From positions 48,295 through 112,294 of the forward strand of contig JAHBTB010000003.1 of assembly GCA_019638795.1 (NCBI GenBank): a DNA stretch of 64,000 bases. Direction: 5' to 3'. The translations under genes were made by a program, and so were the position numbers. The notes below the pieces were generated by a model. It searched no databases and was not told where the DNA came from. It saw only the letters and a list, made by a program, of their open reading frames with translations. The stretch is from Fimbriimonadaceae bacterium (GTDB taxonomy: Bacteria; Armatimonadota; Fimbriimonadia; Fimbriimonadales; Fimbriimonadaceae). Shown here piece after piece: positions 45,263 to 53,454 of the stretch; the stretch's first letter is position 1, and each line of letters opens with the position of its first letter.

Positions 45263-45658
45263 CTACTCGCCAGCTTTGACGGCAAGGACTTTGAGGTCTA
45301 CGGTGAGGGGCACCCCGGCAGGCAACAGACCGCGCACGCCCGAGACTCCCCCGGTGTCGGACTTGCCGACCTTGACCCTCCGCTCCCCGCCTCGACGCAT
45401 CCCTAAGGCCGCATAGCTCAGGAACGGTACCGTGCCCTTCTGCCCGACGACGAAGGTGTACGGCAGGCCGATCCGGTCGGTGTCATAGACGACGGTGTCG
45501 TCGAGACGGGCGACAAGTCGTAGGGTCACGATGTCCCCGAGTCCGGCGGCACGGCCCTCGCCCTTCTTGTCGGAAAGGACCTGAACGACGACCGGCTTCT
45601 GCACCTCCGGGGACCTGGCGACGTGCCCCAGCACCATCCCGAGAACCAAAGCGTCCAT
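45263..45658 (-). CDS. Hypothetical secreted protein with degenerate FKBP-like fold
   Basis: The spacing pattern GDIVTLRLVARLDDTVVYDTD ... PYTFVVGQKGTVPF ... GMRRGGERRVKV ... LPAGVPLTVDLKVLAV mirrors FKBP PPIases. The usual aromatic active-site residues are not evident. ATG at 45658. Confidence 0.45.
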   Translation of the reverse strand: MDALVLGMVLGHVARSPEVQKPVVVQVLSDKKGEGRAAGLGDIVTLRLVARLDDTVVYDTDRIGLPYTFVVGQKGTVPFLSYAALGMRRGGERRVKVGKSDTGGVSGVRGLLPAGVPLTVDLKVLAVKAGE

Positions 45659-45695
45659 GCTCACCGTTCCAGACGGTGGAAAAGTCGCCAAAGGC

Positions 45696-46370
45696 TCAGT
45701 CCTCGGCCAGTTGCTTGAGCTCTCCCGTGACCATAAAGCCGACGCGCTCGGCAATGTTCACCGCATGGTCGGCGACCCGCTCGACATGGTGGACGGCAAG
45801 CAAGAGCCAACTCGCCGCGACGACCTGGTCGGGCCGGTGCCGCATGTAATCGTGGATCTGGCCCCTCAGGTCGCGGTACATGCCGTCGACCTGCTCTTCC
45901 AACTCTTCGACTTCGTTCAGGTGAGAGCCGTCCCGCTTGATGAACGCCTGCAGGGCGGAGCGGATCATCTGCCGGGCCACGTTGCTGATGCGGCGCATGT
46001 CCACATAGCCGGTCTCGCCCATCTCCTTCTCGATCTTCATGCCCGACTTGGCGAGGTCGACGGCCAAGTCGCCGATTCGCTCCAGGTCGGTGACGATCTT
46101 CATGACCGCCCCGATCTCGCGGAGGTCGCTGCCCATGGGCTGCTGCAGGGCAAGGATCCGGAGGCATTTGGCCTCGATGTCGAGGTCCAAACGGTCGATT
46201 TCGTTGTCACTGTGGACCACGGCCAGGGCCGCGTCCGTGTCCAGCGAAATCAGCGCGTCGGTGGCACGGCCGACCATGGAGTCGGCCTTGCTGGCCATCT
46301 CCAGGACGTCTTGCTCTAGCTCGGCGATCTGAGCATTGAAGGCGTGGCGCGCAGGGTGCGGCGAGTCCAT
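45696..46370 (-). CDS. phoU: Phosphate signalling complex protein PhoU
   Basis: Two PhoU repeats (DNEIDRLDLDIEAKCLRILALQQP ... ERIGDLAVDLAK; second ERVADHAVNIAE), 224 aa. Confidence 0.9.
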   Translation of the reverse strand: MDSPHPARHAFNAQIAELEQDVLEMASKADSMVGRATDALISLDTDAALAVVHSDNEIDRLDLDIEAKCLRILALQQPMGSDLREIGAVMKIVTDLERIGDLAVDLAKSGMKIEKEMGETGYVDMRRISNVARQMIRSALQAFIKRDGSHLNEVEELEEQVDGMYRDLRGQIHDYMRHRPDQVVAASWLLLAVHHVERVADHAVNIAERVGFMVTGELKQLAED

Positions 46371-46432
46371 CAGGATATGTGCGGTAAGGACGCACGAGGC
46401 TACCTAAACGGAGCCTGCGCCGACGCCAAAGG

Positions 46433-47356
46433 TCATAAGGGCTTATGACACCAGGCTCGATGCCCCGTCACTGCGGAGGGCGGCGGGTCCACCGTGCGGC
46501 AGGTGTCGTCGGCGTAAGGGCACCGGTTGGCGAACCGGCAACCGTCGAAGCGGCCCCGGGCCACGGGCGTCTCACCAGTCGTAGCTTCGGGCAGGTGGCC
46601 AAGTTTCTCCAGGGTAGGGGCCGAGTCAAGCAAGGCCTTGGTATAAGGGTGCGCCGGCTGGCCGAAGACCTGCTCGGCCGTGCCTTCCTCCACGACGCGC
46701 CCCAGGTACATGACCGCCACCCGGTCGGCCAGATAGCGGACCGTGGTCAGGTCGTGGGAGATGTAGAGGACGGCGATCCCCCGGTCACGCTGGATGTCCT
46801 TGATGAGGTTAAGGATCTGAGCCTGGATGCTGAGGTCAAGTGCCGCGGTCGGCTCGTCACACAGCAAGAGGGGCGGGCGTAACGCGAGGGCCCGGCCGAT
46901 CGCCACCCGCTGGCGTTGGCCGCCGGAAAGTTGGTGGGGGTACCGGTCGGCCAAGACAGGGTCGAGCCCGACTTCGCGCATCAGAGCGTCCAGGTCGCCT
47001 GTCCGACCTGCCAAGGCCAGCGGCTCGCCAAGGATCTTGCGCACCTTCCAGAGGGGGTCGACGCTGGCAAAGGGGTCTTGCCATACCATGCCGATCCGGG
47101 ACGCTTGGTCGGCCGTCGGCCGCGTCACCCTGACCCCGCCGACGTCGATCGAGCCGCTCGACATCGGCTGGAGACCGAGCACCGCCCGGGCCAAGGTCGT
47201 CTTGCCGCAGCCAGACTCGCCGACGACGGCCAAGGTCTCCCCGGCGTCAAGTTTCAGCGACACCCCGTCGAGGGCCCTTACCTGACCCGACGGCGTCGTG
47301 AAGGTCACCTCCGCCTCATGGACGGCGAGCACGGTCTGTTCTGCGACGTTAGACAT
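46433..47356 (-). CDS. ABC transporter ATP-binding protein, oligopeptide/dipeptide (OppF/DppF) type
   Basis: Walker [10 protein letters not shown], signature [11 protein letters not shown], Walker [13 protein letters not shown]. Cys-rich C-terminal oligopeptide-type extension ([15 protein letters not shown]). ATG at 47356 overlaps the nadK stop by 8 nt. Confidence 0.85.
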   Translation of the reverse strand: MSNVAEQTVLAVHEAEVTFTTPSGQVRALDGVSLKLDAGETLAVVGESGCGKTTLARAVLGLQPMSSGSIDVGGVRVTRPTADQASRIGMVWQDPFASVDPLWKVRKILGEPLALAGRTGDLDALMREVGLDPVLADRYPHQLSGGQRQRVAIGRALALRPPLLLCDEPTAALDLSIQAQILNLIKDIQRDRGIAVLYISHDLTTVRYLADRVAVMYLGRVVEEGTAEQVFGQPAHPYTKALLDSAPTLEKLGHLPEATTGETPVARGRFDGCRFANRCPYADDTCRTVDPPPSAVTGHRAWCHKPL

Positions 47357-48209
47357 CGATCCCCTTCGGCCCTTTGCTCCACTGGAAGCGTTGGGCCAGT
47401 TTCTCATAGAAGTCGGCGTCGTCGACGCAGACAAGGCGGGTCCGGCGCGGTGAGCGGGTCACCCGGACGGCGTCACCGCTGAGCAGGTGCAACCGGCTTT
47501 GCCCGTCGCACGAGAGCACGGCGTCGCCGCGCGTCTCGATCAGGACGTCGATCGTGGCGTCGGGACGGATGACCAGTGGGCGTGCCGACAGGGTGTGGGG
47601 CATGATCGCGACGATGAGCATTGCCTCGATGCTCGGGTCGACGACCGGGCCGCCTGCCGACAGGTTGTAGGCGGTCGATCCGGTCGGTGTGGCGACCATC
47701 ACGCCGTCCGCGGGATACCGCGACAGGACGCGGCCGTTCACCAAGACCTCGAACGTCAGCATCCGCGTGGTCGCCGACCGCTGCACGGCGGCTTCGTTCA
47801 GCGAATGCAGGGACGCGACGACCTTGTCGCCGCGGATGATGTCGGTCTGCACCATCATCCGCTCCTCGATGGTGGCGTTGTCGTCCAAAAACTGGCTGAC
47901 TGCCGCGCCGACTTCGTGCGGCATGCACTGGGTGACGAACCCAAACCGGCCGTAATAGACACCCAAGATGGGGGTGCCTGCCTCGGCGCACATGTGGGCG
48001 GCCCGGATCAGCGTCCCGTCTCCGCCAAAGGTGATGACCAGGTCGCATGCGGGCAACTCGTCCGGTGAGACCGGGTCGCAACTGAGCAATGGGGCGGCCT
48101 CGCGGTCCGCCGCGACATGCACCCGCTTTTGGCGCAACATATCGACGGTGGTGACAGCCGCTTTCACCGCGTCGGGGCGGAACAGGTTGACCAGGAGGTG
48201 GACGCGCAC
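47349..48209 (-). CDS. nadK: NAD+ kinase
   Basis: GGDGTLIRAA motif and the ATPTGSTAYNLSAGGP motif. GTG start sharing 1 nt with the upstream TPR gene's stop. Confidence 0.92.
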   Translation of the reverse strand: MRVHLLVNLFRPDAVKAAVTTVDMLRQKRVHVAADREAAPLLSCDPVSPDELPACDLVITFGGDGTLIRAAHMCAEAGTPILGVYYGRFGFVTQCMPHEVGAAVSQFLDDNATIEERMMVQTDIIRGDKVVASLHSLNEAAVQRSATTRMLTFEVLVNGRVLSRYPADGVMVATPTGSTAYNLSAGGPVVDPSIEAMLIVAIMPHTLSARPLVIRPDATIDVLIETRGDAVLSCDGQSRLHLLSGDAVRVTRSPRRTRLVCVDDADFYEKLAQRFQWSKGPKGIDV

Positions 48210-50158
48210 TACGATGTCGGCTTCAGTCGGGCCAGGTTCTTCTTGGCCTCCTCAAAGTCGGGCTTGAGCCGCACCGCCGTCTCGAGGGCCTTGATCGCCT
48301 CTGGGACCCTGTTCAACCGCTCCAGGGTGATCGCCAAATTGTTGAAGGCGTAAGCAAAGTCCGGTTTGGCCTCGGTGGCCTGGCGGAACATCCTTTCGGC
48401 TTCCCGGTTCTGGCTCTGCAAAAGGTACCACAGGCCGAGCCCGTTCAGGGCGCGGGCGTTCTTGGGCTCAGTCTGGAGCACGACCGCGTAGTGGTAGCGC
48501 GCCCCCTGGTTGTCGCCGGTGTTCCACAGCGCGTCGGCAAGGTCGAGCCGCACCATTGTGTTCTTCTCGTCCTTGTGGAGTAGGTCCTTCCAAACCGTGA
48601 TCGCCTCCGGCAGGTGGTCGGCCGAGGCGAGGCTCGCCGCCCAGTTCTTCATCGCCGCCCGGTCGTCCTTTGCCTTCGCGAGTTTTTCAAAGACCTCGGC
48701 CGCCTTCAGGTACTCCTCACGGCGATAGAGCACGAGCCCCAGGTTCATCGCCGCGTCACGGTCGCCCGGTGTGATCGCGAGGCACTTCTCATAACTGGTC
48801 TGCGCCCCCGCCCAGTCTCCGGTCTTTCCCTGGAGCACGCCCCGATTGAACCAGTAGGTCGCGTTGTCGCCCATCGAGGGCTCCAGGCTTTGCATGAGGT
48901 CCAGGGCGTCTTTGTTGCGGCCCGCCCCCAGATAGGCCTCGGCCACCGCCAACCGTGACGACGGGTCGGAGTCACCCAGGTTCACCGCGCGGAGGTAGTA
49001 GGTGAGCGCCTTGTCGGGGTCACCTGCCTTCAAGTACGTCGTCCCCGCATTGCGTGCGTAGTCGATGTTGTCGGCTTTGAGGTCGCTCGCAGCCCCATAG
49101 GCTTGGGCGGCGGACTTCAGGTCGCCCGACTTCTCGAGTGCCTGGCCCAAGTTGTTCTGGGTGGCGGCGTCGTCCTTCAGCTTGATGCTGGTCCTCAACG
49201 CGGTCTGCGCACCGGCATAGTCACCTTTTCGAAGCAGGAGGCTGCCGTAGTTGTACCAAACGGTCGGGTCGTCCGGGGTCAGGACGCTGAGGTCTCGATA
49301 CGCGGCGAGCGCGCCGGCGGTGTCGCCCTTCTGCTGGTATGCGGCGGCCAGGTTCGTCGCGACAAGCTTGTTTTGGGGGGAAAGCCGATGGGCCCGGGAA
49401 AGGACGTTGACCGCCTTGTCGGTCTGCTTCGACTCCAAGTAGGCGTGGCCCACCCAGGCCAAGACGTTGACGTTGTCGGGGTCGTCGACAAGGACTTTCT
49501 CGAAAACGGCGAGCGCCTCGTCGTTTCTTCCCGCTTGGACCAGGGCCACGCCGAGGTCCGTCCGCACCGTCTTGCGCAGGCTGGGGGAGAGGGCACTGAG
49601 TTCGTCGGCCTTCTTCAGCACCTCGGACGCCTCAGCGAACTTGCCCGCCTGGACATAACACGAGCCAAGGAACGCGTAACCGAAAGCGTCGTCAGGGTTC
49701 TCGGCCGTGTAAGCCGTCAACGACGCCGCGGCCTTGTCGTACTCCTTCAGTTCGTATTGGGCCGACGCCAAGTTGCGGAGGTTGGCCTTGTTGACCAGCT
49801 TGTCCTTGCTCTTACCGACCGTCGGGGTCAAGACTAGGACGGCTTTCTCGTACTCGGCGTCCTTCAGATAGGCGTATCCCAGCCAAGTCGCGGCTCCGAG
49901 GTTCTTGGCGTCTTTGGTGTGCAGTTCTTCCAGGGTCTTGAGCGCAGCCTCGCGGGCCGCGTCCGTGCTCGCCGAGAGATAGGCCTCAGCGGCCTTGGCC
50001 ACCGCGTTCTGGACCTCGACGTTGACGGGAGAACCGTCAATGTTCTCTGCCACATTGCGGGCCGGTTGGGCTGGCTTCCCCGTCTTGGGGTCTTGTTGGG
50101 CGACCGCGAACACGGCGAGCGCCGCGACGCCGAACAACAATGTCTCTCGGATTCTCAT
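48209..50158 (-). CDS. Secreted tetratricopeptide (TPR) repeat protein
   Basis: Signal peptide MRIRETLLFGVAALAVFAVAQQ, followed by about 15 or more TPR-like 34-aa repeats (recurrent W..LG..Y...G....A...Y..AL...P pattern). Confidence 0.85.
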   Translation of the reverse strand: MRIRETLLFGVAALAVFAVAQQDPKTGKPAQPARNVAENIDGSPVNVEVQNAVAKAAEAYLSASTDAAREAALKTLEELHTKDAKNLGAATWLGYAYLKDAEYEKAVLVLTPTVGKSKDKLVNKANLRNLASAQYELKEYDKAAASLTAYTAENPDDAFGYAFLGSCYVQAGKFAEASEVLKKADELSALSPSLRKTVRTDLGVALVQAGRNDEALAVFEKVLVDDPDNVNVLAWVGHAYLESKQTDKAVNVLSRAHRLSPQNKLVATNLAAAYQQKGDTAGALAAYRDLSVLTPDDPTVWYNYGSLLLRKGDYAGAQTALRTSIKLKDDAATQNNLGQALEKSGDLKSAAQAYGAASDLKADNIDYARNAGTTYLKAGDPDKALTYYLRAVNLGDSDPSSRLAVAEAYLGAGRNKDALDLMQSLEPSMGDNATYWFNRGVLQGKTGDWAGAQTSYEKCLAITPGDRDAAMNLGLVLYRREEYLKAAEVFEKLAKAKDDRAAMKNWAASLASADHLPEAITVWKDLLHKDEKNTMVRLDLADALWNTGDNQGARYHYAVVLQTEPKNARALNGLGLWYLLQSQNREAERMFRQATEAKPDFAYAFNNLAITLERLNRVPEAIKALETAVRLKPDFEEAKKNLARLKPTS

Positions 50159-50171
50159 TGTCCCACCTGCC

Positions 50172-52442
50172 TCAGACGTCTGCCGCTTCGATCGGGTTCG
50201 TCAGGGCGTCTTCCAAACCTCGGGCCGACGCGCCAGAGAGTTCCGCCTCGGTCACCGACAGCAACACCTTGGATTGTCGGCTGACCGTGACCTCGCCGCT
50301 ATCGTCGGTGGACCCGACCACCGTCCACTCCGTCCGGCCCGCGACAAGACGGGCGACTCCCTGGGGGTCGGACGTGAGCACCACGACATGACCAGGGAAC
50401 TCGCCAAAGAGCAAGGCGTCGTCGGTAAGCCCCCCCGCGACGGGGAGCCCGCCAAGGTCGGCCCTTAGCCCCGTCCCTTGCTTCAGGGACTCGGCCAGGG
50501 CGACCGCAATCCCGCCCTCACTGACGTCGTGGGCGCTGGCGGCCAGTCGTGCCTTGGCCAAGTCGACCAGGACGCCGTGGAGCGCCTTCTCGCCAGCCAG
50601 GTCGGCGGGGGTCGGAAGGCCGTCCTCGACCCCGTGGACGGTCGCCATGAACGCGCTGGCCCCAAGTCCCTGCTGGACCGGCGCCAGGGGATAGCTCAGC
50701 ACCCCGACGGTGAGACCGGGCCCGGCCCGACCGGGCACGCGGTCTGCCGCGTCCTCAAGGATGCCGACGACGCCGACCAGCGGTGTCGGCAAGACCTCGC
50801 CGAGGGAACTTTCGTTATAGAAGCTGACGTTGCCGCTGACCACTGGTGTCCCCAGGGCGTCGCACGCGTCGGCGATACCGCGCACGGCCCGCTCAAACTG
50901 CCAATAGACCTGGGGAGACTGCGGGTTGCCGAAGTTCAGGCCGTCGGTCGCCGCCACCGGCTTGGCTCCGGTGCAGGCCACGTTGCGGGCCGCCTCGGCG
51001 ACTGCCCCGACCCCGCCGGCGTACGGGTCGAAGTAGGTGTGCAGGGCGTTGCCGTCGATCTTCACCGCCAGGCCCTTTTTGGTCCCCCGCGGGGCAAGCA
51101 CGGCAGCGTCGGCCTGTCCGGGGACCAGGACGGTCTGGGTCTGGACCTGCTGGTCGTACTGACGGTAGACGTGGGTTTTGTCCGCGATGTTGGGGCTGGC
51201 CAGCAGGGCGAGCAGGGCTTCGCGGTGGTCGGTCGCGGGCAACGAAGACGGGTCGAACCTCTTGGCTTTTTCGTGGTAGTCCGGCACCGCCGGCTCCACC
51301 GTGTAGGTCGGGCAAAAGTCGGTGAGGTGCTTGGCCGTGACCTGCGCCTCCACCTTGCCGTGCCGGGTGACCGTGACCAAGCCGTCGTCGGTCACATGGC
51401 CGATCACCACCGCGTGCACGCCCCACTTGTGGAACACGTCGATGACTTCCTGCTCCCTCCCCCGGTGGGCGACGGCGAGCATGCGTTCTTGGCTCTCGCT
51501 CAGCATCAGCTCATAGGCCGACATGTCCGCCTCGCGCATCGGGACAAGGTCCAGGTCGACCGCCATACCGACCCCGCCCTTGCTGGACATCTCCACCGTC
51601 GAGCAGGTCAGTCCCGCCGCCCCCATGTCCTGGATCGCCTGGACCGCCCCTGTCCGAAGGGCCTCCAAGGTCGCTTCAATCAGCAGCTTCTCCGCAAACG
51701 GGTCGCCGATCTGGACGTTGGGCCGCTTGGCGTCGCTGTCTTCGCCCAGCGTGTCGCTGGCGAAAGTCGCACCGTGGATGCCGTCCTTCCCGGTGGCGCT
51801 CCCGAGGTAAATGACCGGGTTCCCCACCCCACCGGCCGAGGCAGAGGCGACCTCGTCCAGCTTGACGATCCCGACGCACATCGCGTTGACAAGCGGGTTG
51901 CCACTGTATCGAGGGTGGAACGAAACTTCACCCGCCACCGTCGGTACGCCGACGCAGTTCCCGTATCCGCCGATCCCGGCGACGACATGTTCAAACAGGT
52001 AGCGGTTCCGTGCGACGACTTCCGGGCTGGCCTGGCCCGGCTCGACGGGGCCGAACCGCAACGAGTTCAGGCTGGCGATGGGGCGGGCCCCCATCGTGAA
52101 GATGTCGCGGATAATGCCGCCCACGCCGGTCGCGGCGCCTTGGTAAGGCTCGACGGCAGACGGATGGTTGTGGCTCTCGACCTTCATGACGACGCCGAGC
52201 CCGTCGCCCATGTCGACGACGCCGGCGTTCTCCAGCCCCTCGCCCTCCATCGCCTTCTTGTACTCCTTGAAGTAGGCGAGGACGGGCCGCGAGTACTTGT
52301 AGCCGCAGTGCTCGCTCCACATGACGGCGAACATCCCGAGTTCGGTCAGGGTCGGTTCTCGGCCCATCAATTGGACCAGGAGGTTGTATTCCGACTCGTT
52401 CAGCCCCATCGACAGGTAGATTGCAGGGGCGGTGGCAGCCAT
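50172..52442 (-). CDS. purL: Phosphoribosylformylglycinamidine synthase subunit PurL
   Basis: GREPTLTELGMFAVMWSEHCGYKYS ... ESHNHPSAVEPYQGAATGVGG ... typical small PurL. Trimmed to ATG at 52442 (ATG at 52409 also possible). The track's extension to 52715 was rejected. Confidence 0.93.
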   Translation of the reverse strand: MAATAPAIYLSMGLNESEYNLLVQLMGREPTLTELGMFAVMWSEHCGYKYSRPVLAYFKEYKKAMEGEGLENAGVVDMGDGLGVVMKVESHNHPSAVEPYQGAATGVGGIIRDIFTMGARPIASLNSLRFGPVEPGQASPEVVARNRYLFEHVVAGIGGYGNCVGVPTVAGEVSFHPRYSGNPLVNAMCVGIVKLDEVASASAGGVGNPVIYLGSATGKDGIHGATFASDTLGEDSDAKRPNVQIGDPFAEKLLIEATLEALRTGAVQAIQDMGAAGLTCSTVEMSSKGGVGMAVDLDLVPMREADMSAYELMLSESQERMLAVAHRGREQEVIDVFHKWGVHAVVIGHVTDDGLVTVTRHGKVEAQVTAKHLTDFCPTYTVEPAVPDYHEKAKRFDPSSLPATDHREALLALLASPNIADKTHVYRQYDQQVQTQTVLVPGQADAAVLAPRGTKKGLAVKIDGNALHTYFDPYAGGVGAVAEAARNVACTGAKPVAATDGLNFGNPQSPQVYWQFERAVRGIADACDALGTPVVSGNVSFYNESSLGEVLPTPLVGVVGILEDAADRVPGRAGPGLTVGVLSYPLAPVQQGLGASAFMATVHGVEDGLPTPADLAGEKALHGVLVDLAKARLAASAHDVSEGGIAVALAESLKQGTGLRADLGGLPVAGGLTDDALLFGEFPGHVVVLTSDPQGVARLVAGRTEWTVVGSTDDSGEVTVSRQSKVLLSVTEAELSGASARGLEDALTNPIEAADV

Positions 52443-52878
52443 CCGGATCAGTATATCCGTCGTGCTGGGAGTGCTCCTGGCCTCCTGCGGCCCGGCGCCG
52501 CGGGACTGGCGGGGCGAGTGGGTGGGCGAGTTGCCCGCCTCGACGACGACCGGCCCCGATGACACCGTGGCCAAGACTTTGAGGGCCGTCAAGCTCACCG
52601 TCCGGGAGGACGGGAGCTTCGTCCTTGTCCGGGGGGGCATCCCCGCCGAAGGCGAGGTCCTGTCCGACAGCCCTGGCTTGACCTTGCGCTTCCACAAGGT
52701 CCTCGGCCAGCCCATGGACCGGCAACCGCCCGAAGTGAAGCGTCAGTACGCCGATGTGCGATTGGAGCCCTTGGACGACGGTTCGGCCAAACTCGTCGAC
52801 CCCGCCGACTTCAACCGCGACCCGGTGCGCCTTGTACGCACGAAACCATCCGCCGACGATGGACGTACTTCAGGTTAG
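52432..52878 (+). CDS. Lipoprotein, unknown function
   Basis: GTG start. Signal peptide with lipobox (ISISVVLGVLLASC). G/C-rich third positions. Followed 9 nt later by the LemA-like gene. Confidence 0.6.
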   Translation: MAAIRISISVVLGVLLASCGPAPRDWRGEWVGELPASTTTGPDDTVAKTLRAVKLTVREDGSFVLVRGGIPAEGEVLSDSPGLTLRFHKVLGQPMDRQPPEVKRQYADVRLEPLDDGSAKLVDPADFNRDPVRLVRTKPSADDGRTSG

Positions 52879-52887
52879 CAAGACCCC

Positions 52888-53424
52888 ATGAACGGATACG
52901 CGGCTGCCTTCTGTCTTGCCGTGGTCCTCGCCGCCGGCGTTTGGATCCATCGGGATCTCGCCGTGTCACGTCGCCGGGCCGACGAGGCTTGGCGCCAAGT
53001 AGAGGCCCTGCTCGGGCAACGGCACGCCCTCGCCTACGACCTCGTCTTGTTCATGGACCAGTTCGGCTTATGGGACCAATCCGTCGCCGACGGCGTCCTT
53101 ACCGCCGCCCGGCTCGCCCGGGAATCATCTGACCTGGCCACCCGGGCCCGTGCCGAAGACGCCCTGTCCGCCGCAATCCTCACCGGGTTCCACTCCGTGC
53201 GCGCCCGGGTCGACGACCCGGAAAACCTTGAGGTGTACCAACGGCGTTGGCTGACGGTCGAAGACAAGGTGGTCTTTGCCAAGCAGTACTACAACGACGT
53301 CGCGGACTCCTACAACGCCAGGCTGTCCCGGCGGAGGAACCGGATGGTGCGCCGTGCCTTTCACATGCGGCCCCGCGAGCAGTTCGGCTATAACGCCCGG
53401 TTCCGGGTCAGGGACCGCGCCTGA
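52888..53424 (+). CDS. LemA family protein (divergent)
   Basis: N-terminal TM helix, then the LemA-like pattern (ADEAWRQVEALLGQRHALAYDLV ... VEDKVVFAKQYYNDVADSYNARL ... F). Confidence 0.65.
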   Translation: MNGYAAAFCLAVVLAAGVWIHRDLAVSRRRADEAWRQVEALLGQRHALAYDLVLFMDQFGLWDQSVADGVLTAARLARESSDLATRARAEDALSAAILTGFHSVRARVDDPENLEVYQRRWLTVEDKVVFAKQYYNDVADSYNARLSRRRNRMVRRAFHMRPREQFGYNARFRVRDRA

Positions 53425-53454
53425 GCGGCGGCCCCTGACCAGACGGTCGGGAAC

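Noticed and set aside
53425-53454. Weak hairpin (CCTGACC-agac-GGTCGGG) between LemA and DUF4139-1 as a bidirectional terminator.
   Set aside because: It has only 7 bp including a G-U pair, and no U-tract. This is not distinguishable from chance.
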